This document shows, one piece after another, positions 23,621-35,113 of a stretch of 37,384 nucleotides of DNA. The stretch's first letter is position 1, and every line of letters begins with the position of its first letter. A model generated the notes under the pieces. That model did no database searches and was not told the origin of the DNA. It saw only the letters and a list, made by a program, of their open reading frames with translations. A program made the position numbers and the translations under genes. Source of the DNA: Octopus bimaculoides. Its lineage: Eukaryota. The stretch spans positions 50,110,460 to 50,147,843 of the forward strand of contig NC_068999.1 of the NCBI RefSeq assembly GCF_001194135.2. The letters run 5' to 3'.

Positions 23621-23726
23621 CTGGACCAATGTGAAATAAAGCGTCTTGCTCAAGGATACAACGCGTCGCCGGGAATTGAACTCACGACTTGAGCCGAGTG
23701 CCCTAACCACTAAGCCACGCGCCTTC
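23620..23726 (-). mobile_element. tRNA-derived SINE family D head
   Basis: Minus strand reads gaaggcgcgTGGCTTAGTGGttagggcac…GAGTTCAATTCC…ccttgagcaagacgctttatttcacattg, giving A-box, B-box and core. Confidence 0.8.
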
Positions 23727-24377
23727 ATCATACATACATACATACATACCCTGTTGTTGATGTTGAAATTCCGCTGAAGCGGCCTTGGATCTACGTTAGA
23801 AACCGGCTCTTTCTCCATTGGCAAGAAATCTTGAAATAAAACCGAACAATGACATGCATTCATACACCCGTCTGGAGTAAAGTATGGCTGAACTTGGAAT
23901 CTTGGGGAGACAATGCAAATCCTTAATTCGTAAGCTACAAATGATCTCGATATAAGAATTAACCAGAATAAAGAAAATTGTCGAAGGCGTTTCACTGGCT
24001 CACTTTCTTCTTACAAAGTTTTACTTCTTCCCTATAACAATTCAGTTATTCAGCGTTACCACAACAATTATTTGTCAGCAAAACGAAAATGCCCAACGAA
24101 CGAACCCTTTAATAAACAAATTCTGAGTAACATGATTTTCTTTTAGATTTCTTTATAACAAAACGGATTTAATATGGAAACGCCTTTCGTTGCTCTCGGA
24201 ATATCAGAACGATATACACAACTAACGGCTTAAGTTTCAAGTCTCCAGTTGGCATTTGTTCCTCACAAACCTTCTGAATCTTCTTTTCTTTTCCATTTTT
24301 TTTTTTTACTTCCCACTTTTTCTCAGAAGAAATTTTAGAAAGCAAGCGCTTTCGAAGTAATCCACATTCGTCTACAT

Positions 24378-24430
24378 CACTGCTACTCAAAGTGGTGGTC
24401 CGCGAGCCATCAGCTGCCGGTACGCGGCGA
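24378..24430 (+). mobile_element. hAT-like terminus
   Basis: cactgctactcaaagtggtggtccgcg resembles CAGTGCTACTCAAAGTGTGGTCC hAT MITE ends. A related end, tttgagaagcactg, lies at 25087-25100. Confidence 0.4.
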
Positions 24431-24544
24431 GTTTCCAGAAAAGAAAGTAACGTTATAAAATGCTTATGTAATATTGTATTATTTGTTTACAAAATAAATA
24501 CAAGTTAAAAAAAGTTGTCAACTTTTATTGTATTCATTATATAT

Positions 24545-24745
24545 ATTCTTTTCTACTCTAGGCACAAGGCCCGAAATTTTGGGGGAGTGGGCCAGCCAAT
24601 TAGATCGACTCCAGGACGCAACTGGTACTTAATTTATCGATCCCTAAAGGATGAAAAGCAAAGTTGTCCTCGGCGGAAATTGAACTCAGAACGTAGCAGC
24701 AGACGAAATACCACTAAGCATTTCGCTCGGCGTGCTAACGTTTCT
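24545..24745 (-). mobile_element. SINE family B, tail type 1, head truncated
   Basis: actggtacttaatttatcga…ggcggaaattgaactcagaacgta…gtgctaacgtttct. Confidence 0.85.
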
Positions 24746-24978
24746 TATTTCTTTACTGCCCACAAGGGGCTACACACAAAGGGAACAAATAAGGACAGAC
24801 AAACGGATTAAGTCGATTATATCGATCCCAGTGAGTAACTGGTACTTATTTAATCGAACCCGAAAGGATAAAAGGCAAAGTTGACCTCGGCGGAATTTGA
24901 ACTCAGAACGTAAAGACAGACGAAATACCGCCAAGTATTTCGCCCGGCGTTCTAAAGTTTCTGCCAGCTCACCGCCTT
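24746..24978 (-). mobile_element. SINE family B, tail type 2, full length
   Basis: Ends …ttctgccagctcaccgcctt. Colinear with 29765-29994. Confidence 0.88.
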
Positions 24979-25364
24979 ATTCATCATATATATGTTGTTT
25001 CCGGTATAAACTAATATTACTAAGAAATATTACCGGTCCCTGGCACATTGGGGGGAAAAAAACTGCCAGTACACCACATCAGATAGTTTGAGAAGCACTG
25101 GCCTACATTAAATATTACGTTAGACGGATATATACTTCTTTGTATAACAGCCTTTAGTTGCGCATAGACGTTCATTTATTTATCTATTTATAATTGTCTT
25201 ATTCTTTTGTTTTTTTTTTTGTTTTTTTAAGTTTGCAGTACAACGATTCACGATTCCGCAACAAACACTTGATTTCTTCTACTCTGTTTGTTGGATTTAA
25301 TTTGGCATCTCTTGTTTTACGTGACAAGATGAGTTGGATAACTGAATTTTAAAAAAAATATTAC

Positions 25365-25480
25365 TTCTGGTTCCGGTTGTTAGTTGTCTTGCTGCAGTCG
25401 ACCAAGGTGGACATGAATTTTGGGTCTGTCCAAAAAAAAAAAGAAAAAAAAAAATTTGAAGAATTCGCCGGGGTAAGTCG
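25365..25480 (+). promoter_or_regulatory. Promoter/first-exon-like segment ending in a consensus donor
   Basis: CpG-containing unique sequence with TTCCGG (ETS-like) at 25371, caaggtggacATG at 25403-25415, and GCCGGG|gtaagt donor at 25472/25473. Confidence 0.4.
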
Positions 25481-26319
25481 TTTTTATTGCTCAGCTGGGC
25501 AACAATTTATTGCTTGTATTTATTTTTTCAGTAAATTGTTGTTCAGCGGTGTAGCATTTTCGCTTTCCTTGGCGAGTTTTTTGTGTTCGTTGTACGAACA
25601 AATTTTGTATTCGCTGTCTGTGGGAGGCGAGTTCGCTTCATACAGCGGTGAATTTTTTTTATTTTGACTTTTAGCCGAAAAAGAACCCAAAAAACTTTGA
25701 ATGAAGTCGAACGAGGTAGGTGGAATTGGTTTCTGAGCTATGTGTAATTTATTGTTTCAATTTTTTTCAGTAAATTCGCCAGCTCTGAGGCAGTTCCGTT
25801 TGCTTTCGGCAACTTTAAGTTGTTGCTCATTTTAGTGAGCAAAATTGTGTTTCTCGTTTGTCGTTATTGGTAGGCGTGTTCGAGTCACCATAACAGCGGA
25901 CTGAGAATTTTTTGTGAAAAACTTTTTGTGTCGCACTTAATTGCGAGAACTGTTGTTTTTGCGGGCGTATCTCGCCTCCGAAAAACTTGCGAAATTCTAA
26001 CAATTTGTGAAGGATTTTTGTGTTCCTGCTGCTATGGAATGGATTACCTTACCGGAATACCTTTTATTTGGAGTACCTTTATTGGAATACCTGTAGGTTT
26101 AAGAAGTGTTTAAGAAGTGGCCTTAGTCACAAATCGACTTCCACTGTACGTGTATATGTGTGTGTGTGTGTGTAGAGTATTAAAAACAGAAAAGAAAAAC
26201 AATGAATGGAGAACAGAGAATAAGTACATTGGATTTATTGAGTCTTCTTTTTCTCACTTTGATTGATAGAGTCTTTATTGTATTTTTTTCTTTGTTGAAG
26301 AATAGCTGAAATAGTGGAG

Positions 26320-26460
26320 TTGATGATGATGGTGATGGTTTATGATCATGAGGAGTTTTCTGAATAACAATAAGAGATGATGATGGCGGCGGTGATGACG
26401 ATGGTGATGATGATGATGGTGATGATGATGTGATAATGATAAATGGTGATAAGATGATGA
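26320..26460. repeat. (GAT)n/(GGT)n tract
   Basis: Direct reading. Confidence 0.88.
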
Positions 26461-27284
26461 AGCAAAATAATATAAAGCTAAAATTTTTAATGGTTAATCT
26501 CCAACACCCCCTCCTACAACTATAAAAAAAAAAAAAAAAACGAAACAAAAAATAGGAAACAAACGTAAACAATAATTAAGAGTGAGACAACTGGATAGAG
26601 ATTGATAGACAGATAGTAAAAGCAACATTGACACATACACAATGTGTATGTGTGAGTGTGTGTACACAAACGGGAGGAATAGTATTCAATGCATGTGGAA
26701 GAGCTTATTTATTCACAGCTGATGATTTCACCTTGTGACTACTCTGAGTTTCAGCTCACTTTTCATCCATTCATCCATCTGATGATCAGATGAATGCACA
26801 AGAGTGAAAAACAGAGAACAGCCACAGAGCAAACCACCAGCTTCAAAAGAATATACATGGACATGTCAATATATATCTATCTCCTTTAACAAGGTACGTA
26901 CAGAGTTGAGAGAAAATTGGTTGCTATTTCTAGCAGGTCAGATAACCACACCAAGACTCCTGGTAGTAGTAGTAACAGTAGTATACACTGTTGTAATTAG
27001 TTCTGATTTGCAGAGTTATTTCTAAGTAGGGGGGGTCTTGTCACAACACTGGTTTTTACACAGGACTCTGAGTGTGTGTGTGTGTGTTTGATTATAGTAG
27101 TGTAAATATGGGTGTTTGTGAGTATTATCAATTTGAGGGATTTAACAAAAACCCAGCTAGTAATTCCCAATGAAATTGTAGCTTGCAATTCACATCTTGT
27201 AGTGTGTGGTATGTACATCTCTTTCCCTCTCTTTCTCCATGCATTTACACATACATATAAAGGAAAGGACGATGAGATTACACC

Positions 27285-27564
27285 TAGAAAGTTATCTTCC
27301 GAAGCACAAGTCCAGACAAGGTTTGCCCGTACAAACCAGACTCCCCTCTCCACACTATCGATGTTATCCAAGAGAAAGGCAAAGGCCGATACAGCTTGGC
27401 ACCAGTGATGTCGCAACTCATTTCTACAGCTGAGTGTAACTGGAGCAATGTGAAATGAAGTATCTTGCTCAAGAACACACACACACAGCATAGTCTGGGA
27501 ATTGAACTCATTACTACCTCATGACTGTGAGCCCAGCACTCTAACCACTGAGCCACATGCCTTC
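27285..27564 (-). mobile_element. SINE family D
   Basis: caatgtgaaatgaagtatcttgctcaag…gggaattgaactc…ctaaccactgagccacatgccttc matches 23620-23726. Confidence 0.8.
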
Positions 27565-27879
27565 ACACATACATATAAACGCTTTATATACACATAAAAG
27601 GTAAATGGACCTCTGTCGATTTTGAAGATGAGTATTATAGTAAGACCAATCTAGTGAACCAATTTCTCATTGATGGGTGTACAAGTGGCTGAGTATTCCA
27701 CAGAAAAGTCTCCCTTCAATGTAATTCTCAAGCAGATTCAATGCAATGCAGTATATGTATGTGTGTGTGAGTGTAAGAGAGAGAGAGAGACAAGGTTGGC
27801 TCTTTGAATGACAAGTGCAGTCCCTCCAGTGAGGTTGAACCTAGGACCTATTGAATGCAAATCAAACTGGTTAATAAAC

Positions 27880-28825
27880 TAGCCATGCCTTTGTGTGTAT
27901 ATACATATATACAGACACACACACACACACAGATGTACAGAGCTGCACCATATATTATATAAGCACACACACAAATTTATGTACCTTTAAATATACATAA
28001 CAGTAAAATTGTACATACATACATACATACACGTTTTCTATCTCTCTTACATGATACACACAAATACTGCATCATAATTTATATATGTTCACACACACAC
28101 ACAAATTTAAGTACTTTTACATATGCATAAAAGTAAAACTGTATATACATCACACCCACACATTTTCTTTCTCATGCTATAATTATATACATACTGCACC
28201 ATATTTTATATATGTACACATACACACACACACACACAAAGTATGTGTTGTACTTAGAAGAGGAAGAATAGAAATAAGAACAGAAACAACATATCATGAG
28301 NNNNNNNNNNNNNNNNNNNNNNNNNNNNNNNNNNNNNNNNNNNNNNNNNNNNNNNNNNNNNNNNNNNNNNNNNNNNNNNNNNNNNNNNNNNNNNNNNNNN
28401 NNNNNNNNNNNNNNNNNNNNNNNNNNNNNNNNNNNNNNNNNNNNNNNNNNNNNNNNNNNNNNNNNNNNNNNNNNNNNNNNNNNNNNNNNNNNNNNNAAAA
28501 ATAAAACAACAAAAACAAAAGAAAAAAACCCAAAAATCTAAAAAAAAAATATTTTAAATAAAAAAAAAATCAACCACTAACAATGGCTTTCTGAGCTGGA
28601 CTGCAACAATCCAACAACACACCACAGACTGTGAAAACACAACCGAGATAAACGAGACCATATACACACGCACACACACATATATATATATACTTACATA
28701 TATCTATATACATACATACAGAATATTTTATATACATATATATAAATACATACATACACATATAATACACATACATACATAATATTCTATATACATATAT
28801 AAATACATAATACACACACACATAC

Positions 28826-28865
<40 letters not shown>

Positions 28866-28870
28866 TAATG
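27880..28870. repeat. Extended (CA)/(TA) low-complexity region (contains an N-gap)
   Basis: Direct reading. Confidence 0.85.
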
Positions 28871-29764
28871 TTTTATGTGTATATATGAGACATTAGTTTA
28901 AAACTAAGCAAGGATTGGCCAGCACCCCTCCTACCACATTCACACACATTACNNNNNNNNNNNNNNNNNNNNNNNNNNNNNNNNNNNNNNNNNNNNNNNN
29001 NNNNNNNNNNNNNNNNNNNNNNNNNNNNNNNNNNNNNNNNNNNNNNNNNNNNNNNNNNNNNNNNNNNNNNNNNNNNNNNNNNNNNNNNNNNNNNNNNNNN
29101 NNNNNNNNNNNNNNNNNNNNNNNNNNNNNNNNNNNNNNNNNNNNNNNNNNNNNNNNNNNNNNNNNNNNNNNNNNNNNNNNNNNNNNNNNNNNNNNNNNNN
29201 NNNNNNNNNNNNNNNNNNNNNNNNNNNNNNNNNNNNNNNNNNNNNNNNNNNNNNNNNNNNNNNNNNNNNNNNNNNNNNNNNNNNNNNNNNNNNNNNNNNN
29301 NNNNNNNNNNNNNNNNNNNNNNNNNNNNNNNNNNNNNNNNNNNNNNNNNNNNNNNNNNNNNNNNNNNNNNNNNNNNNNNNNNNNNNNNNNNNNNNNNNNN
29401 NNNNNNNNNNNNNNNNNNNNNNNNNNNNNNNNNNNNNNNNNNNNNNNNNNNNNNNNNNNNNNNNNNNNNNNNNNNNNNNNNNNNNNNNNNNNNNNNNNNN
29501 NNNNNNNNNNNNNNNNNNNNNNNNNNNNNNNNNNNNNNNNNNNNNNNNNNNNNNNNNNNNNNNNNNNNNNNNNNNNNNNNNNNNNNNNNNNNNNNNNNNN
29601 NNNNNNNNNNNNNNNNNNNNNNNNNNNNNNNNNNNNNNNNNNNNNNNNNNNNNNNNNNNNNNNNNNNNNNNNNNNNNNNNNNNNNNNNNNNNNNNNNNNN
29701 NNNNNNNNNNNNNNNNNNNNNNNNNNNNNNNNNNNNNNNNNNNNNNNNNNNNNNNNNNNNNNNN

Positions 29765-29994
29765 TATTTCTTTATTGCCCACAAGGGGGGACAAACAAGG
29801 ACAGAGAAAGGGATTAAGTCAATTACATCGACCCCCCCCTCCCCCAGTGCATAACTGGTACTTAATTTACCGACCCCGAAAGGATGAAAGGCAAAGTCGA
29901 CCTGGGCGGAATTTGAACTCAGAACGTAACGGCAGACGAAATACCGCTGAGCATTTCGCCCGACGTGCTAACGTTTCTGCCAGCTCACCGCCTT
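29765..29994 (-). mobile_element. SINE family B, tail type 2, full length
   Basis: tatttctttattgcccacaaggg…gaaataccgctgagcatttcgcccgacgtgctaacgtttctgccagctcaccgcctt. Confidence 0.88.
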
Positions 29995-29995
29995 G

Positions 29996-30162
29996 AAAGA
30001 TAAAGTTCACCTCAGAGGGGTGTGTAAGTTGGCAATTCAGCAAAAGAGACCGACAGAAGACGTACCAGGCTTTAAAAAGTAGAAGTATTGCAGTTGATTC
30101 ATTTGACTAAACTTCAAGGCAGTGCCCCAGCATGACCACAATCTAATGATTGAACCAAGTAA
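29996..30162 (+). mobile_element. SINE family A tail fragment
   Basis: ttcagcaaaagagaccgacagaag…aaggcagtgccccagcatgaccaca is similar to 8553-8650. Confidence 0.65.
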
Positions 30163-31237
30163 TATATATATATATATTCTGCTTCTTATTAAATACTCTT
30201 TACCTGCTTTGCACAGTCATATAAAGCATCTGCTACTAGTGAGAGGGAGGGAAAAAGAGATTATGTGATGCTCATGCCATAAGCCAACATCATTCGTGAT
30301 GTAAGCAAAATGAAATAGCTGCAACCAGAAAATGAAACTGGATTTCTGATACTACCCAGAGAATGCTTACCTCCATACCCTAGGTTTCTATGCACACACA
30401 CACACATGGTTGTTCTTCTCCCCACCTCTACAACCTCCAAGCAGTTTCATTAATATAACTTTATCCATTTCATAAAGCAATGTTGTGTGTGTGTGTGTGT
30501 GTGTGTGTGTAACTAGAAAGGGGTTTATATCACTAAGCTAGCATCGCTTTCAACAATCCTATACTGATGAGAAGTTGAAGGGGAGGAGGGAGAAGAGGAG
30601 AAAGAAGTGGAAGGGGAAGAGAAGGGTATTAAGTAATGTAGTGCCATAATGAGTGAGATAATTGAAACAGAAAGGAAAGATAGGATAGGGAGCTGGGCAT
30701 ATGTGTGTGTGTGTGTGTGTGTGTGTGTCAGAGCTGAGGAGGGAAGGCAAAGTGAGAAAAGATATGTAGTAAGGATATGTGTTATTGGATGAGACACTCT
30801 AGATAGATAGATAAATATGTAAGTTTGTGTGTGTGCATCTCTCTCTCTCTCTACACACACACACATACGTGGCTAGATAGCTAATATATGTTACCATGTC
30901 AGGTTTCTGAATGAACACAAATTTTTCTTAAAAGCCTCCGAAAGCAACCGTTGCCTAAGGGGACAGCTTGCATGCATAGGTTTTATGTTTGCATAGGTAT
31001 GAAGTCTGTATACACATAAAATGTGTGTGTGTGTGTGTTTATTGTGGATGAAAGACGCACAAAATGTGATTGACTAATACCAGAGAGTATGGTAGATATT
31101 ACCCTGGCCTGTTTGCAAATTAAAAAAATACTTTTCGGCTGCTGGAGGTAGGTGAAAATGTTTCACAAAACACAGCAAAACTCAAAATGGATACAATTTT
31201 ACATTTGTCATAGAGGATGGTCTTCAAACCAAAATTA

Positions 31238-31275
<38 letters not shown>

Positions 31276-31328
31276 ATCATTCACTGACAAGAGATCAACT
31301 AGAAACAGATCCATGCCACTGACATTAC

Positions 31329-31439
31329 TTCTTTCAGAATAATTCTTTCATCAGAGAAAAACTGAAATTTTGGGATATGAGAAGCAGCTGACGGAAACGA
31401 CAGACGTGAAGAATCTAATGTGTTGTGACCTTGTTCTTC
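31329..31439 (-). CDS. Alternative candidate downstream exon (EEQGHNTLDSSRLSFPSAASHIPKFQFFSDERIILKE)
   Basis: Acceptor tttctgtttgtcaaaag|, weak donor GAA|gtaatg. 111 nt open in phase 0-0. No recognisable domain. Confidence 0.25.
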
Positions 31440-31855
31440 CTTTTGACAAACAGAAAGTAACAATGCCACTATGACACTCTCTCTTTATCAAAAGGGCACA
31501 GAGTGACTGTCATAATAAACCCACCCATTGTGTTGTGATTTGAATTCACACACACACACACACACACAAATAAATAAGAAAAGAAGAAAGTTCAAGAAAG
31601 TGAGGCTTTTATAGTGATTAGCTGAGTAAGAAAATATAGGTAGGTGATTAAGTTAAATAGGAATAGGGAAGATGGCCTTGTCATTAAGGTAACAGACAAA
31701 TCAATCATGAAATCACCAGTTCATACTCTTTTACTAAAAGTACATAGTGTTAGTGGCTAAAGTCATTCCACTCTCAAAGAGTCAAATCCATTCAATTGTA
31801 GGTTCGTTAGGGCAGAGAGAACTTGCCATTCTATGCAGCAGCTTCAGTAGCAGCC

Positions 31856-31867
31856 TCAGGCTGTTAT
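31856..31867 (-). CDS. Candidate terminal coding exon of the bromodomain gene (ITA*)
   Basis: ACTAAC branch-like motif (31887-31892, minus strand), then attcttcacttttag|ATA ACA GCC TGA in phase 0. Splice signals only, no homology. Confidence 0.3.
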   Translation of the reverse strand: MTA

Positions 31868-32104
31868 CTAAAAGTGAAGAATTCCTGTTAGTTTATAGTA
31901 GAGAGTTCCAGCATGAATAGTTTGGAGTCTGGCAAGCTGACTAACTTTGGATAGACAAGAAAATAAAGTCTTTGGTAGTCACCGAAAGCCATGACTTTCA
32001 GGACTCACACTTTAGGCAGATATATTTAAAATGACTTTATTAAACTCGTAAATCAACTGGAGAAAAATCACAAACAAATTTTTCGAGATAATAAAGACAT
32101 TTAC

Positions 32105-32269
32105 CTTGTTCAATTTGCCGACTATTTTCTCATACTCTTGAGTATAAAATGCAAATACTTCTTGGCAGTCTCTCTGGACAGAACTGCCAAGTGGATTGTA
32201 CAACCCACAATTATCACGTACCAATGACATATCAGTATGGAAATCTTCCATTGTAGAATAATATCCAGA
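32105..32269 (-). CDS. Bromodomain exon (helices B and C): SGYYSTMEDFHTDMSLVRDNCGLYNPLGSSVQRDCQEVFAFYTQEYEKIVGKLNK
   Basis: Acceptor tctcttatttcag|, donor AAG|gtaaat. 165 nt, phase 0 to 0. Motif Y...EDF..DM.LV..NC..YN includes the conserved acetyl-lysine-binding Asn. Lies within track ORF 32012..32398. Confidence 0.93.
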
Positions 32270-32497
32270 CTGAAATAAGAGAATATACATACATATACAT
32301 ATTTCAAAAATGCACAGAAAATATACCAAAAAAAACAGAGGCAGGTGAAACAACAACAAACAGGGTGCATTAACTTGACGCTCCGAGCCTATACTCATCT
32401 ACAGACAGGATAGGTGAAGAGAGAAAACAGATGGAGAAGACCTGTCCCCCAGAGCAGAAGTGTTCAGGCCACTTCCCCTAGATTGGCCTACAAGAGC

Positions 32498-32685
32498 CCT
32501 GTGCTGGTGCCATGTTAAAAGCACTCAGCACGCACTATAAAGTGGTTGGCATTAGGAAGGGCATCCAGCCATAGAAACCAAGCCAAATCAGACTGGTGTC
32601 TGATGCAGCTCTCCAGTTTGTCAGCTCTGGTCAAACCGTCCAACCCATGCCAGCATAAAAAAAACAGATATTCAAGGATGATGAG
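32498..32685 (+). mobile_element. Repeat family C
   Basis: ggttggcattaggaagggcatccagcc…aaccgtccaacccatgccagcat. Confidence 0.8.
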
Positions 32686-33382
32686 ATACACATACACACA
32701 CATTGAATACACAAGAACAGAGCTCATCAGTTACCTCTGTTGTGTGCAACAGATGATAAAAGATGATGGCAATCATATGCTAAAAACCATGTCATGAAAG
32801 CGTAAGCTAGAACCATGCCAGCATAGAAAAATTTACGCAAAATGATGAGGATTGAGTAGTGGTGGGCAAATCATGGAAATGTTCACCAGGAAACTTCTCC
32901 TCTTTTTTCCCCACACATCAGAAGCACAGATGTAAGGTGTTTACATTCTTATAATTTTCCTGCACAGCCGAGGCTTTACTGCTGATTCATGCTGTTTTGT
33001 GCATAAAGAAAATATGCTGTCTAGCTAATGATGAGCCACCTAAAGCACAAATATCAAAATTAAGCTCCCCATCATGGTAATAACTTAATTTCTGACTGCT
33101 TCATATAGCAGCTGAATATTCTATGCTATAAACTGGAGAGGGAAACTGAGTACATCTCTGGGGATGTGGTCACTAAATTGTGAAGGGGTCTGTCAGGAGA
33201 CCCACCCCACATCAAAACCCAAGAAGGAATGTATTTACAATTTTATAGTTCAGTACCACAGAAGAAGCTTTCTAATATTTAAATAAATTTCAGTACTTCT
33301 GGTTTATGGTATGTTGTGTGCACACACACATATGTATGCATATGTGTATATATGAATGTTTGTGTGTGTGTATGTGTGTGTG

Positions 33383-33517
33383 ATCATTGTTTAACATCCG
33401 CCTTCTATCATGCTGACATGGATGTTTTGAGAGGAGATGGCCAAGCAGAAGACTGCACCAGACTTCTGTGTCTGCTTTGGCACAGTTTTTATGGTTGGAC
33501 GCCCTTCCTAACACCAA
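33383..33517 (-). mobile_element. Repeat family C, degenerate, inverted
   Basis: ttggacgcccttcctaacaccaa is the reverse complement of the C core. Confidence 0.75.
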
Positions 33518-33521
33518 TATA

Positions 33522-33658
33522 TAGTGGTTGGCGTTAGGAAGGGCATCCAGCTGTAGAAACTCTGCCAAATTAGATTGGAGCCTGGTGTTGCCATCCGGTT
33601 TCACCAGTCCTCAGTCAAATCGTCCAACCCATGCTAGCATGGAAAGCGGACGTTAAAC

Positions 33659-33694
<36 letters not shown>

Positions 33695-33695
33695 A
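33522..33695 (+). mobile_element. Repeat family C, young copy ending in a (GAT)n tail
   Basis: …catgctagcatggaaagcggacgttaaacgatgatgatg. Short tandem-repeat tails are typical of RTE-clade LINEs and their partner SINEs. Confidence 0.85.
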
Positions 33696-33704
33696 GTATT
33701 TATC

Positions 33705-33940
33705 AAACTCTTGTTACCATATTTCTCTAGAAATACACTCACTTTGTCTCAAGTGATTTTTAAAATAATTAACAATTTAGTAAAATAACAGTCGTTATTA
33801 AGTCGGGGTTTGTAATTGAAATTAACATGAAATTTTTGGTGGAAGGTCTTAATTTACATCACCCTAAAACAGGATGTTTGTGTCACATAGAACCAGGAGG
33901 GTTTGGGTGGTCTGAGGAAGGCTAGAAACAAAAGGGTTAA
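33705..33940. mobile_element. Non-autonomous piggyBac-like element (…AAAGGG|TTAA end)
   Basis: AAAGGGTTAA at 33931-33940. The same terminus occurs at 2520-2529 and, as TTAACCCTTT, at 11286-11295. TTAA plus CCC/GGG ends are the piggyBac hallmark. Confidence 0.5.
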
Positions 33941-34594
33941 ACAAAAATATCGCTGAGCGTGACAATTAAAATGAAGTCTGTTGAAACTATAAGGAAAACA
34001 ACTGTATGCTGATAACAGTGTAAAAATATACTTTGCTTCACATACAGTCTACTTCTCAATGAAGTGGGTTTTATGTGGGTTTCCAGTCTGCAAATATTTA
34101 GAAATCAAGATTACTTTGAATTTATCAGATATCTGATAAATAGCATACTTGTCACACCGTAATATACATTCTTAAGATTTTAGAATTAAAAGACTATATT
34201 TATGACAAACACACACACACACACACACACTCACGTGCAATACGACTATATATGAAGTGTAAAGTAATATCTATGTACATTTTTATAATTCAAGCATCAT
34301 ATGAGCAGAGCTAGAATAGTTGGTTTTATTTTGAAGTAGATACTTTTACAAGCACAGTCTAAATAATATTTATTTTACTATTAGCAGGAGAGAGAGTTTG
34401 TCTGTGCCAAGATTTCAAAGTCTTCTCTATTATATACTGTACAACAACATTTTTATGTCTTTGGTCTGTGAGTGTTATTTCTTATCTGCTTCAACCTAGA
34501 AATCAAAGGAAATGACTACTAATCTCTTCAAACTTTGCTTTTGTGACCTGGACAACAATGTTTTCAAAATGACCTATTTTTCCCCCATTACATT

Positions 34595-34810
34595 TCAGAC
34601 AGATTCAGTGTTGAATTGCTGAAGCAGAAATATCATTATAGCAAATAATCTGCTGAACACCACAGATTTGCTTGTCAGTTGCTTGACCGTAACCACTTGA
34701 GCATGTCACTTGGTGGCTGACAGTATGTGCATTTCTGATCATGAGCAGGAATAATGAGTGGAGCATCATAGCCATGTGTTAAAGAGGGATTCTTTGGGGG
34801 TCTGAATAAA
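34595..34810 (+). repeat. Interspersed repeat (recalled octopus-type element)
   Basis: ttgagcatgtcacttggtggctgac…gagcatcatagccatgtgtt. Single copy here, so support is recall only. Confidence 0.35.
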
Positions 34811-34905
34811 TATCAAGGACAAAAATTGTGTTTGGAGTGCTGTGAAATAGGCCTAAAACCACACAATTGCACCCTGTGTCTTTAGTGAGGAATAATGAAG
34901 CTCAC

Positions 34906-34985
34906 CTCCAATCGTTTCCGTATCGTGCTGAAATCCATAGGAGTCTTCACAATGGTGTAGTAGTCAGGGGCCTCAAGAGGATCCA
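34906..34985 (-). CDS. Bromodomain exon (ZA loop, helix A): (V)DPLEAPDYYTIVKTPMDFSTIRKRLE
   Basis: Acceptor ttccttgccatttcag|, donor GAG|gtgagc. 80 nt, phase 1 to 0. Carries the bromodomain signature PVD..APDYY.I+K.PMD+.TI..+L. Confidence 0.93.
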
Positions 34986-35113
34986 CTGAAATGGCAAGGA
35001 ATTCACAATAAATTAGGGGCATACATACAACTCACAGTAATTCTATTATTTTGATGAGCATCTTTTAGCCTCTTTTTTAATTAATTAATTAAATATCAAA
35101 GCAAGACACTAAC

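Noticed and set aside
23640-23726. tRNA gene
   Set aside because: Has A/B boxes, but no complete cloverleaf or acceptor stem, and continues into a SINE core seen in three copies.
23423-23995. 190-aa minus-strand ORF
   Set aside because: Runs through a SINE D head, (CATA)n and (GGA)n repeats; no domain.
26997-27556. 164-aa and overlapping ORFs
   Set aside because: Mostly SINE D plus (CA)n sequence.
30370-30400. Strong minus-strand donor GAG|gtaagc
   Set aside because: Upstream sequence is (TG)n and purine-rich with no acceptor or plausible exon.
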